A stretch of 32,000 nt of DNA. Origin: Candidatus Latescibacterota bacterium. GTDB lineage: Bacteria > Latescibacterota > UBA2968 > UBA8231. Below are positions 23,417-31,634 of this stretch, in pieces. A program made the translations under genes and the position numbers. Each line of letters opens with the position of its first letter. Within the stretch, counting starts at the first letter, position 1. The stretch is from positions 1,223,342-1,255,341 of the forward strand of contig CBDCSU010000006.1 in the NCBI GenBank assembly GCA_965221775.1. Direction: 5' to 3'. The notes under the pieces are model-generated. The model searched no databases and was not told where the DNA came from. It worked only from the letters and a program-made list of their open reading frames with translations.

Positions 23417-24964
23417 TCAGGACCCCGGCGAGTCGACGAACTGGAAGGCGTACAACTTGCAGTCGCGCATGACGAAACGGATCCGGACGGGTGTCCCGGA
23501 CAACGGGCCGACATCCCCGCCCTTCTTCCAGCGGACGGGCATGCGCACCGAGTTGCCGCAGATCCAGGAGGCGTCGCGCTCCGTGTACCCGCCGAGGGGA
23601 CGTCCCTCCGCATCCTGAAGCTCGACGCGCACGGCGCCGCCGCCGCCGGTGTCGAGGTTCAGCTCCAGACGCCGGCCCTCGAAGCGGACGACGGGCGTGA
23701 CGATCTCGCCGCCGCCGTAGCCCGCATCCGCCGACACGAACCCGTCGAGCCGCAGGATGGCCCGGCCGATGCCGGAGAGGTGGCCCCCGCCCGCCGGGTC
23801 GACGAGGCCGTCGTGGTCGCGGTTGGTGCCGCTGTAGTAGATCCAGATCTCGTCACCCCTTCGCACCGGCTGCGGCATGGCCCAGACCATGCGCGAGGAG
23901 AAGCCGCCTTCGGGCCCCGGGCTCAGGAAGGGCCGCCGTCCGCCGCAGCGCAGGAAGTTCACTCCGTCGCGGCTCACCGACAGACGCGCGTCGAAGCGGC
24001 TGGGGCCGTAGATCTGCTGTGTCTCTGTGCGCGGGACGTCCATGTCGTCGCGGACCGTGGTCACCACCGGCTCGCGGTTGAACCAGTACCAGTTGGCGTT
24101 GGCCAGCATGACGTACACGCCGTGGGCGTCCGGGTACTTGAAGACGGTGGCGCCGTAGTAGTCCATCGGCGTCCTGCCGTACGGCTTCTCCGGCGCCGTG
24201 GGATCCAGCGGCGCCCCGGTCTCGTACGTCGCCAGGTCTTCCTCGTCCGGCCACATGACCGTCTTCTGGTTCTCCCAGTTGACCAGATCGTCGGATTCGA
24301 GACGCCGGACCGTCCGGTAGTTCTCGTTGCCGGTGGCGGTGGTGTGGCGTTTGGCGACCCAGCGGCGGGTGTAGAGGACGTAGCGCCCGATGGCGGGGTC
24401 CCGGAAGATGATGCTCTGCGTATCCCAGCCGCCGCGGTGCGGAAGCTGCATGCGGCGAAGGAACTTCCAGTGGATTCCGTCGGGCGAGCCGTGCATGTGG
24501 AACTGCATCGCCACATCCGGATTGTAGACCTTCGACTGGTTCTTGTAGCGCTCCTCCGGCGGGGCCTTCGGGTCGATCCAGACCGAGCTGCCGCCGATCT
24601 TGCCCGGGATGACGACGTTGTTGGCCGTCGACCCGCCTTCGTCGATGAGGTTCAGCTCCGGCTTGTCGAAGTGGATGCCGTCCGTCGACTCGGCATAGCC
24701 GACGTAGGCCTGCTCCAGGCCGGGCCCGGACCCCGCCTTGCGCACGTGATACCACAGCCGGATACGGCCGTCCTCTTCCTGCAGCACGCTGCTGTAGATG
24801 CCGAAGCTGGTGGTGGACGGATCCTCCCACGGGGCGCCGGCGGTGACCACCGGCTCCGCCGCCTGGCCGGGTGGATTCATGGTGAGCTCGACGCCATGGC
24901 CGGCGGCGATCAAGCGATCGTCGACGAAGAGCTGCTTCCTCGATCCGATGTCCATCGGCTTCAT
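23417..24964 (-). CDS. Putative glycoside hydrolase-like beta-propeller protein with C-terminal beta-sandwich (GH32/43/117-like fold; family not assignable)
   Basis: The start is set at ATG 24964, preceded by GGGAGGG (complement of 24969-24975). The N-terminal KQLFVDDRLI opening and the C-terminal RLDGFVSA...PVRIRFVMRDCKLYAFQF are recurrent in uncharacterised GH-like propeller proteins. No signal peptide. The track ORF extends to 26275 only as an antisense shadow. Confidence 0.65.
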   Translation of the reverse strand: MKPMDIGSRKQLFVDDRLIAAGHGVELTMNPPGQAAEPVVTAGAPWEDPSTTSFGIYSSVLQEEDGRIRLWYHVRKAGSGPGLEQAYVGYAESTDGIHFDKPELNLIDEGGSTANNVVIPGKIGGSSVWIDPKAPPEERYKNQSKVYNPDVAMQFHMHGSPDGIHWKFLRRMQLPHRGGWDTQSIIFRDPAIGRYVLYTRRWVAKRHTTATGNENYRTVRRLESDDLVNWENQKTVMWPDEEDLATYETGAPLDPTAPEKPYGRTPMDYYGATVFKYPDAHGVYVMLANANWYWFNREPVVTTVRDDMDVPRTETQQIYGPSRFDARLSVSRDGVNFLRCGGRRPFLSPGPEGGFSSRMVWAMPQPVRRGDEIWIYYSGTNRDHDGLVDPAGGGHLSGIGRAILRLDGFVSADAGYGGGEIVTPVVRFEGRRLELNLDTGGGGAVRVELQDAEGRPLGGYTERDASWICGNSVRMPVRWKKGGDVGPLSGTPVRIRFVMRDCKLYAFQFVDSPGS

Positions 24965-25039
24965 GATGCCCTCCCTGCAAACCCTCGCTTCGTGCTCACC
25001 TTCGGTTTGTCTATCATTGCGCGCCCGCAGAGACGCCTT
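24965..25039. promoter_or_regulatory. Divergent intergenic region between the GH-like gene (-) and the BNR gene (+)
   Basis: Lower local GC (tttgtctatcattgc...gaaattgtac). The length depends on the uncertain start of the + gene. Confidence 0.3.
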
Positions 25040-26251
25040 GTGAATCACTCGAAATTGTACTGGGACGAGACCCGCTACTCCAGCTTCCCCACGGTGGTCG
25101 GGGGAGACCGCGGCGAGCTGTGGGTCGGCTTCGACTGGAACTCCCACACGCCGCTTTCCCGGGGGGTCCAGGGTGCGGCGCACTCCCACGCAGGTGGCCT
25201 GGCGGGAGGCGCCACCGGTCACGTGGAGTTGTTCTCCCCGGACGGGGGGGACAACTGGTTCGAGGAGGGGAAGGACGGGCGGTACCGCCAGTGCCCGGAG
25301 GCGCTGAGAAGCGCCGTGCTCAGCGACGGCACGCAGGTCCGGATCTCCCGTCCCGTCAACGCCTACCCACCCGGGCGCAGGCAGGAGTTCGAGGCCCGCG
25401 GCTTTGCGGTGGAGGAGTTCCCCGGGCGCATCCACGTGGAGCACAGCCTGCGGGTGTCGCGAAAGCGGCCGCGACAGGGCTCCTGGGAACACCTTCTGCT
25501 CCGGAGCGGCGAGGAGCTGCCGTTCTTCGCCCTCGTCCGCAACGGGTCCGACCTGAAGAGCTGTGTTCTGGCCGGCGATACGATTCTGCACCAGGTCTAC
25601 GGGAGCGCCCGGGCCGGCGATCCGTACCGGGCGTGGGTGCTGCGCTCGGAAGACGGCGGCGACACCTGGGAGATGGTGACGATGGCGTACGACGGCGGCG
25701 AGCATCCCTTCAACGAGAGCAGCCTGCTGGCGCTGCCGGGGGGCCGCATCGTGGCGATGGTGCGCACCTCGAGCGGCAGCAAGCGCATTCCACAGGAGGA
25801 GAAGCACCTCTTCCAGACACACTCGGACGACGGCGGCAAGACCTGGAGCCGGGTGAGAAAGACCGGGATGTGGGGATATCCTCCGCACCTGCTGCTGCTG
25901 AGCAGCGGCGATGTCCTGTGCAGCTACGGACACCGGCGGGCCCCCTTCGGGGTGCGGGCCTGCCTGTCCCGCGATGGCTGCGAGACCTGGGAGACCGACG
26001 ACGAGATCGTGCTCCGCGATGACGGTCTCACGACCGACGGGACCGTGGCCGGGAAGGGAACCCCCGACGACCTGGGTTACCCGCGGACGGTGGAGCTGCC
26101 CGACGGCTCGCTGTTCACCGTGTACTACATGACCCTCGGCGACAGCGTGACCCACGTCGCCGCTACCCGATGGACGCTGGGTCCGGCCCAGGCCTCCGCT
26201 TCGCGCCGGCCGCGTGCGCGCGGGACTGTGCCCGCCGCCCCCGGTCCCTGA
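25040..26251 (+). CDS. BNR/Asp-box repeat protein with sialidase-type beta-propeller fold (no RIP motif)
   Basis: Asp-boxes SEDGGDTW, SDDGGKTW, SRDGCETW, plus the degenerate SPDGGDNW. Only the last ~1.2 kb of the 22280-26251 track ORF is plausible. The start is uncertain: GTG 25040 is chosen, with GTG 24992 or TTG 25007 as alternatives. The C-terminal 24 aa are low-complexity. Confidence 0.7.
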   Translation: MNHSKLYWDETRYSSFPTVVGGDRGELWVGFDWNSHTPLSRGVQGAAHSHAGGLAGGATGHVELFSPDGGDNWFEEGKDGRYRQCPEALRSAVLSDGTQVRISRPVNAYPPGRRQEFEARGFAVEEFPGRIHVEHSLRVSRKRPRQGSWEHLLLRSGEELPFFALVRNGSDLKSCVLAGDTILHQVYGSARAGDPYRAWVLRSEDGGDTWEMVTMAYDGGEHPFNESSLLALPGGRIVAMVRTSSGSKRIPQEEKHLFQTHSDDGGKTWSRVRKTGMWGYPPHLLLLSSGDVLCSYGHRRAPFGVRACLSRDGCETWETDDEIVLRDDGLTTDGTVAGKGTPDDLGYPRTVELPDGSLFTVYYMTLGDSVTHVAATRWTLGPAQASASRRPRARGTVPAAPGP

Positions 26252-29166
26252 CGGGGGCCCCCGAACTCGAGGCACCCATCTCGAGCAGGTGCTTTTCCCG
26301 GGAGCCCGGGCTCGCGTCGGTTCTGTTCCGGCTGTTCCGCCGCCGCGACGCCAGGGCCGCCACCGTTGAGGACGCGGCCCTGAGACTGACCTGGGCCTCC
26401 GGTGCCAGGGAGATCCCCCTCGGCGCCATCGAATCCGCGCAACTCCAGACGGGGTGGCGCTGGGGCCGGGTGAGGGTTGGTCATGCCTCCGGGGCGGCCG
26501 CCGTGTCCGGGCTTGCGCGGGCCGACGCGGAGGCGCTTGCGGAGGCGCTGGAAGCGGCCCGGGCCGGTTGGTGGCGCCGGGAGTTCGCCGCCCGGAGCGA
26601 GGCGCTCCGCTCCATCCACGGGCGCTTGGCGCAGTTCGAGGACCCGCCGGGATACATGGGCCGCAGCCTCTGCGGTGATCTCGAGCGAGTCGCGGGTGAA
26701 GTCGCCGGCCACTTTCCCGGCCAGTGGCCGGACCCCCTTTCCGACGCTCCGGAAGCCGCGATGCTGGCGGCGGTACGGGGGTTCCTCAGCAGCCCCGAGG
26801 CGTTCAGGGCGAGGGCCAACGAGGCCTTCGCCGCCGGTGAGCTGAAGCGCTGCCGGGCGTTCTTCGACCGGGTGGAGGCGCGGCCCCTCACCGACGAGCA
26901 GCGCCGAGCGGTCGTGGTCGACGAAGACCGCAACCTCGTGGTCGCCGCCGCCGGCAGCGGCAAGACCTCGGTGATCGTCGCCAAGGCCGGCTGGCTCGTT
27001 CTGAGAGGTTCCCGGCGCCCGTCGGAACTGCTCCTGCTCGCCTTCGCAAGGGACGCCCGGGACGAGCTCGACGAACGCATCCGCGCCCGTCTTGGGGACG
27101 AGACGGCCGGCGGCGCCACGGTGCGGACGTTCCACGGCCTCGGCATGTCGATCATCGGCAAGGCCGAGGGCCGGCGCCCGTCACTGGCCCGGGCCGCAGA
27201 GGACAACAAGGCGCTCATCGACCTGCTGAAGGAGATCCTCGCCCGACGGCTCGCCGCCGGCGAGGTGCCGGATGCCCTGCTCAGGTGGTTCATGGGCTGC
27301 TTCGCGCCCTACCGGAGCCACCAGGAGTTCAGCAACTGGGGGCAGTACTGGGAGTACCTCCGCCGCTACGACATCCGCTCCCTGAAGGGGGAGAAGGTGA
27401 AGAGCATGGAGGAATGCGAGATCGCCAACTTCCTCTACCTGAACAGCGTGCCTTACGAGTACGAAGCCCCCTACGAACACGACACGGCGACCCCGGAGAA
27501 GCGTCAGTACCGGCCCGACTTCCATCTCCCGGAGGCGGGGATCTACATCGAGCACTTCGGCCTCGACGCCGAAGGCCGGACGGCGCCGTTCGTCGATGAG
27601 AAGAAGTACCTCCAGGACATGGAGTGGAAGCGCCGGCTTCACGCCGAGAAGGGCACCGTCCTCATCGAGACCTTCAGCCGGGAACGGGCCGCCGGCGCCT
27701 TGACCCGCAATCTGCGGAACAAGCTCGCCGCGCGCGGCGTCCCCCTGTCCCCGCTTCCCCAGGCCGAGGTCTTCACCGTCCTCCAGCGGCAGGGCCGCAT
27801 CGATCCGTTCCTGCGCCTGCTGGCAACCTTCCTTCACCACTTCAAGGGAGCCCAGCTCACCTTCGAGGAAGTCTCCCGCCGGGCGGCGGGCGCCGAAGAC
27901 CCGCGGCGGGCCGAGGCGTTCCTCGCCGTCTTCGGACCGGTCTTCGAGGCCTACCAGGAAACCCTCTCCCGTCTGGGAGAGATCGACTTTCACGACATGA
28001 TCGACAAGGCGACGGAACATGTGGAGGCGGGACGCTACCGCAGCCCCTTCGGCTACATCCTGGTCGATGAGTTCCAGGACATCTCCCCCGCGAGGGCGAG
28101 GCTGCTGAAGGCACTGCTCGACCAGTCCCCGGCGGCCCAGTTGTTCGCCGTCGGCGACGACTGGCAGGCGATATTCCGCTTCGCCGGATCCGACACCGCC
28201 ATCATGCGCGACTTCGGGAAGCGCTTTGGCGCCAGCGAGCGGATCGCCCTGGAGACGACCTTCCGATGTCCGCAGGCCATCGCCGAGGCCGCGACCCGGT
28301 TCGTTCTCGCCAACCCCACGCAGATACGCAAGAAGGTGCGTTCGACGCGCACGGTGGAGGGACCGTGCGTGCACGTAGGGCTCGCCGGGACCGAGGGCCT
28401 TTCCCTGTTGAGCGACGCCCTCGACAGGATCGCGGCGGACGCCGAGACGAGCCAGGAGGCGTCGAGCGTGCTGTTGCTGGGACGCTACCGGCACGCGCAA
28501 CCGCCCGACCTGTCCGGCCTGGCCAGCCGCTATCCCCGCCTGCGGCTGTCCTTCATGACCGTCCACGGCTCCAAGGGCCTCGAAGCCGACTATGCGGTGG
28601 TCCTCGGCCTGTGCTCGGGCAGACACGGGTTCCCGTCGGAGATCGCCGACGACCCCCTTCTCGATCTCGTTCTCTCGGCGCCGGACGAACATCCGAACGC
28701 CGAGGAGCGGCGCCTTCTCTACGTCGCCATGACCCGGGCCCGACGCCGGGTCTACCTTCTCGCCGACGGTGGCCCCCCTTCTCCCTTCGTTCAGGAGTTG
28801 ATCAAGGGGGGCGGCGACGTCGTCGTCTTCGGGCCTTCGCCGGAGAAGGAGGCGCCCTGTCCCCGGTGCGTCGAAGGACACCTGGTACCCCGCGAGAACA
28901 GCCGCGACCGGAGCGTGTTCTACGGCTGCTCGAACTGGCCGTACTGCAGACACAGGCAGCCGCCCTGCCCGGCCTGCGGCAAAGGACTGCCGGTGGCGGA
29001 GAACGGGGGGTTCCGCTGCCGGGATTGCCGCCAGCCGATCGAGGCCTGCCCCGACTGCGGCGGCTGGCTGCAGACCCGGATCGGCCGGCACGGCCGCTTC
29101 GTCGGGTGCTCGAACTGGCCTGAATGCGGCTATACCCGCCAGCCTTCGCCGGGCCATCGGGGCTGA
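26170..29166 (+). CDS. helD: DNA helicase IV (HelD)-like SF1/UvrD-family helicase with C-terminal zinc ribbons
   Basis: FFDRVEARPLTDEQRRAVVVDEDRNLVVAAAGSGKTSVIVAKAGWLV closely parallels E. coli HelD around Walker A (GSGKT at 26953-26967). A HelD-type insertion is present: CEIANFLYLNSVPYEYEAPY...YRPDFHLPEAGIYIEHFG. Also LVDEFQDISP (motif II) and LYVAMTRARRRVYLL (motif VI). The ATG 26170 start overlaps the upstream gene by 82 nt, and there is no other canonical in-frame start before about 26470. Confidence 0.88.
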   Translation: MDAGSGPGLRFAPAACARDCARRPRSLTGAPELEAPISSRCFSREPGLASVLFRLFRRRDARAATVEDAALRLTWASGAREIPLGAIESAQLQTGWRWGRVRVGHASGAAAVSGLARADAEALAEALEAARAGWWRREFAARSEALRSIHGRLAQFEDPPGYMGRSLCGDLERVAGEVAGHFPGQWPDPLSDAPEAAMLAAVRGFLSSPEAFRARANEAFAAGELKRCRAFFDRVEARPLTDEQRRAVVVDEDRNLVVAAAGSGKTSVIVAKAGWLVLRGSRRPSELLLLAFARDARDELDERIRARLGDETAGGATVRTFHGLGMSIIGKAEGRRPSLARAAEDNKALIDLLKEILARRLAAGEVPDALLRWFMGCFAPYRSHQEFSNWGQYWEYLRRYDIRSLKGEKVKSMEECEIANFLYLNSVPYEYEAPYEHDTATPEKRQYRPDFHLPEAGIYIEHFGLDAEGRTAPFVDEKKYLQDMEWKRRLHAEKGTVLIETFSRERAAGALTRNLRNKLAARGVPLSPLPQAEVFTVLQRQGRIDPFLRLLATFLHHFKGAQLTFEEVSRRAAGAEDPRRAEAFLAVFGPVFEAYQETLSRLGEIDFHDMIDKATEHVEAGRYRSPFGYILVDEFQDISPARARLLKALLDQSPAAQLFAVGDDWQAIFRFAGSDTAIMRDFGKRFGASERIALETTFRCPQAIAEAATRFVLANPTQIRKKVRSTRTVEGPCVHVGLAGTEGLSLLSDALDRIAADAETSQEASSVLLLGRYRHAQPPDLSGLASRYPRLRLSFMTVHGSKGLEADYAVVLGLCSGRHGFPSEIADDPLLDLVLSAPDEHPNAEERRLLYVAMTRARRRVYLLADGGPPSPFVQELIKGGGDVVVFGPSPEKEAPCPRCVEGHLVPRENSRDRSVFYGCSNWPYCRHRQPPCPACGKGLPVAENGGFRCRDCRQPIEACPDCGGWLQTRIGRHGRFVGCSNWPECGYTRQPSPGHRG
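28858..29127 (+). other. Three C-terminal Cys4 zinc-ribbon modules; two are of topoisomerase type (zf-C4_Topoisom-like)
   Basis: CPRCVEGHLV...FYGCSNWPYC; CPACGKGL...FRCRDC; CPDCGGWLQ...FVGCSNWPEC. Confidence 0.8.
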
Positions 29167-29342
29167 CGGGGCGACTCTTCCCCCGATCGCCTGGACCTTT
29201 CCAGGACCGGCCCAAGTCCCGTTAATCCTGCCATGTCCCGCACTCCCCAGACAACCGCTGCACCGATCCGCGGGATGCCCGTACGGCGGGGCCCGGAGAC
29301 CGGGATTGTCGGAAGGCCCCCAATCGACTACGGAGAGCGGCC

Positions 29343-30077
29343 GTGACCCGGGCCTTGGGCGCCATACTGCGGCGGATCGTCGATGCCCTGCGCGACCTGG
29401 CGCCGATCATCCTCGTCATCGCCTTCTTCCAGATCGTGGTGCTGCAGCAGCCGTTCCCGGATCTCGGGCGCGTCACCCTCGGCCTGGTCTGCGTGATCGC
29501 CGGCCTGACGCTCTTCATCCAGGGGCTTGAGAGCGGCCTCTTCCCCCTGGGCGAGGCGATCGCCCAGGCCTTTGCCCGCAAGGGCAGCGCCACGGCCCTG
29601 CTGGCCTTCGCCTTCTGCCTCGGCTTCGGCACCACCGTCGCGGAACCGGCCCTGATCGCCGTGGCCGCGGAGGCGGCCGAGGTCGCCGCCGAAGCCGGCG
29701 CCATCGCCGACCACGACGGGGCGCGCGGCTCGTATGCCTTCAACCTGCGCATGGTGGTGGCCGTCTCCGTCGGCGCCGCGATCCTGCTCGGCGTGCTGCG
29801 CATCCTCAAGGGCTGGCCCCTCCACCGGCTGATCATCGGCGGCTACGTGGTGGTCACCGCCATGACCGCCTTCGCGCCCCCGGAGATCATCGGCGTGGCC
29901 TACGACTCCGGCGGCGTCACCACCAGCACGATCACGGTGCCCCTGGTCACCGCCCTCGGTGTGGGGCTCGCCACGTCGATCCGGGGGCGCAACCCGATGG
30001 TCGACGGCTTCGGGCTCATCGCCTTCGCCAGTCTGACGCCGATGATCTTCGTCCTCGCCTACGGCATGGTGGTCTGA
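29343..30077 (+). CDS. DUF1538 family integral membrane protein (copy 1)
   Basis: Multi-TM protein with the [17 protein letters not shown] loop, [14 protein letters not shown] and [25 protein letters not shown]...[15 protein letters not shown], which are family hallmarks as I recall them. GTG start. Confidence 0.78.
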   Translation: MTRALGAILRRIVDALRDLAPIILVIAFFQIVVLQQPFPDLGRVTLGLVCVIAGLTLFIQGLESGLFPLGEAIAQAFARKGSATALLAFAFCLGFGTTVAEPALIAVAAEAAEVAAEAGAIADHDGARGSYAFNLRMVVAVSVGAAILLGVLRILKGWPLHRLIIGGYVVVTAMTAFAPPEIIGVAYDSGGVTTSTITVPLVTALGVGLATSIRGRNPMVDGFGLIAFASLTPMIFVLAYGMVV

Positions 30078-30078
30078 G

Positions 30079-30864
30079 GTGGAGTTCCTGCGCACCATTG
30101 TCGTCACCGCGGGTACCACCGCCCTCGACGTGGCGCCCATCGTCGGCATCCTCGTCCTCTTCCAGGTGGCGGTGCTGCGCCGCAGCCTGCCCAATCTCCG
30201 GCGGATCGCGGCCGGCTTCGGCCTCGTCCTGCTGGGTCTCACCCTGTTCCTCATCGGCCTGGAGGAAGCCCTCTTCCCCATCGGCGAGACCATGGCCCGC
30301 CAGCTCACCGCCCCCGAGACCATCGGGACGGCGAGTCTGGCCGACGGCGTCGACTGGCACGACTACCTGCTGGTCTACGTCTTTGCCGCGGCCATCGGCT
30401 TTGCCACCACCGTGGCCGAGCCCTCCCTCATCGCGGTGGCCCTCAAGGCCGAGGAGATCTCGGGCGGCGCCATCCACGCCTGGGGCCTGCGGATCGCGGT
30501 GGCCGCCGGGGTGGCGGCGGGAGTGGCCCTCGGGTGCTTCCGCATCGTCACCGGCACCCCCCTGCCGTGGTACATCATCGCCGCGTATGTGGTGGTCATC
30601 GCCCAGACCTTCCGGTCGAGCCGGACCATCGTGCCCCTCGCCTACGACAGCGGCGGCGTCACCACCTCGACCGTCACCGTGCCGGTGGTCGCCGCCCTGG
30701 GCCTGGGGCTCGCGGCCACCGTTCCCGGGCGCAGCCCGCTCATCGACGGATTCGGACTCATCGCCTTCGCCAGCGTCTTCCCCATCATGTCCGTGCTCGG
30801 CTATGCCATGGCCGTGTCCTGGGTGGGCCGGCGCCGGGAAGCCAACCATTCCAAGGAGACCTGA
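30079..30864 (+). CDS. DUF1538 family integral membrane protein (copy 2, paralogue of 29343-30077)
   Basis: It has the same motif set: [71 protein letters not shown]. The GTG start is 1 nt after the upstream stop. Confidence 0.78.
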   Translation: MEFLRTIVVTAGTTALDVAPIVGILVLFQVAVLRRSLPNLRRIAAGFGLVLLGLTLFLIGLEEALFPIGETMARQLTAPETIGTASLADGVDWHDYLLVYVFAAAIGFATTVAEPSLIAVALKAEEISGGAIHAWGLRIAVAAGVAAGVALGCFRIVTGTPLPWYIIAAYVVVIAQTFRSSRTIVPLAYDSGGVTTSTVTVPVVAALGLGLAATVPGRSPLIDGFGLIAFASVFPIMSVLGYAMAVSWVGRRREANHSKET

Positions 30865-30866
30865 CC

Positions 30867-31217
30867 ATGAGACTGAAACTGATCGTCGCCCTGGTGAGCG
30901 ACGACAAGACCGATACCGTGGTCGATGCGGCGCGCGCCGGCGGCGCCACCGGCGCGACGATCTTCACCGGCGTGCGCGGCGAAGGGCTGAAGCCCCAGAA
31001 GACCTTCTTCGGTCTCGACCTGGCGGCCCGGCGCGACGTCGTCCTCTTCCTGGTGGTCGAGCCACGGGCGCGCGACATTCTGGAACGGATCCGGGATGCC
31101 GGGCACTTCGAGGACGAGCCCGGCGCCGGCATCGCCTTCCAGGTTCCCATCGAGGACGCCGTCGGTCTCACCACCCAACTCCCCACCATCCTCGAAGAAG
31201 TGGATGACGAGATATGA
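30867..31217 (+). CDS. P-II-like signal-transduction protein (GlnB-fold, non-canonical T-loop)
   Basis: AAGGAG (30853-30858) precedes ATG 30867. 116 aa. MRLKLIVALVSDDKTDTVVDAARAGGATGATIFTGVRGEG...VVLFLVVEPRARDILERIRDAG...GIAFQVPIEDAVG follows the beta-alpha-beta P-II pattern. Confidence 0.78.
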   Translation: MRLKLIVALVSDDKTDTVVDAARAGGATGATIFTGVRGEGLKPQKTFFGLDLAARRDVVLFLVVEPRARDILERIRDAGHFEDEPGAGIAFQVPIEDAVGLTTQLPTILEEVDDEI

Positions 31218-31615
31218 ACGAGAAACGCATCATCCGCGTTGGAGACCTCATGGGCTCCAAGCTCTACACGATCGACCGGCTCGCCACCGTGGCCGAGGCG
31301 ATGGCCCTCATGAAGCACCACGATGTCAGCTCGCTGGCCGTCGACCGGCGCGACGACGACGACGAGTTCGGCCTGCTGGTGGTGGCGGACATCGCCCGCG
31401 AGGTGATCGCGAGGAACCGGGCCCCCGAGCGCGTCAACGTGTACGAGATCATGTCGAAGCCGGTGCTGACCCTGCCGTCGGCGATGCTCGCCCGCTACGC
31501 GGTGCGCCTCCTCGTGCGCTTCGAGCTCTCCCGCGCGGTAGTCGTCGACTACGAGCGCACCCCCCTCGGCATGGTGACCCTGCGCGATCTCGTGCTGAGC
31601 CACGTGGAGGAGTGA
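31214..31615 (+). CDS. CBS-pair (Bateman) domain protein
   Basis: 133 aa with two CBS-like units: VGDLMGSKLYTIDRLATVAEAMALMKHHDVSSLAV and VYEIMSKPVLTLPSAMLARYAVRLLVRFELSRAVVV. The start overlaps the P-II-like stop (ATGA). Confidence 0.85.
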   Translation: MNEKRIIRVGDLMGSKLYTIDRLATVAEAMALMKHHDVSSLAVDRRDDDDEFGLLVVADIAREVIARNRAPERVNVYEIMSKPVLTLPSAMLARYAVRLLVRFELSRAVVVDYERTPLGMVTLRDLVLSHVEE

Positions 31616-31634
31616 CGCGCTCCGGGCGCCACGT

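Noticed and set aside
22280-25036. The upstream 2.7 kb of the 1323-aa + strand ORF (22280-26251)
   Set aside because: This part is antisense to the OMF gene and the GH-like gene and translates to low-complexity Arg/Gly/Pro sequence. Only the last ~1.2 kb, which is Asp-box rich, is a credible gene.
26170-29166. Interpreting the helicase as a phage-defence nuclease-helicase (Nhi/Gabija GajB-like)
   Set aside because: Collinearity with housekeeping helicase IV (HelD) is strong throughout. No partner defence genes (GajA-like ATPase/TOPRIM, methylases, toxins) are adjacent.
29190-29205. Hairpin CCTGGA-CCTT-TCCAGG downstream of helD as an intrinsic terminator
   Set aside because: It has only a 6-bp stem and no following T-tract. 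A match like this is expected by chance in GC-rich DNA.
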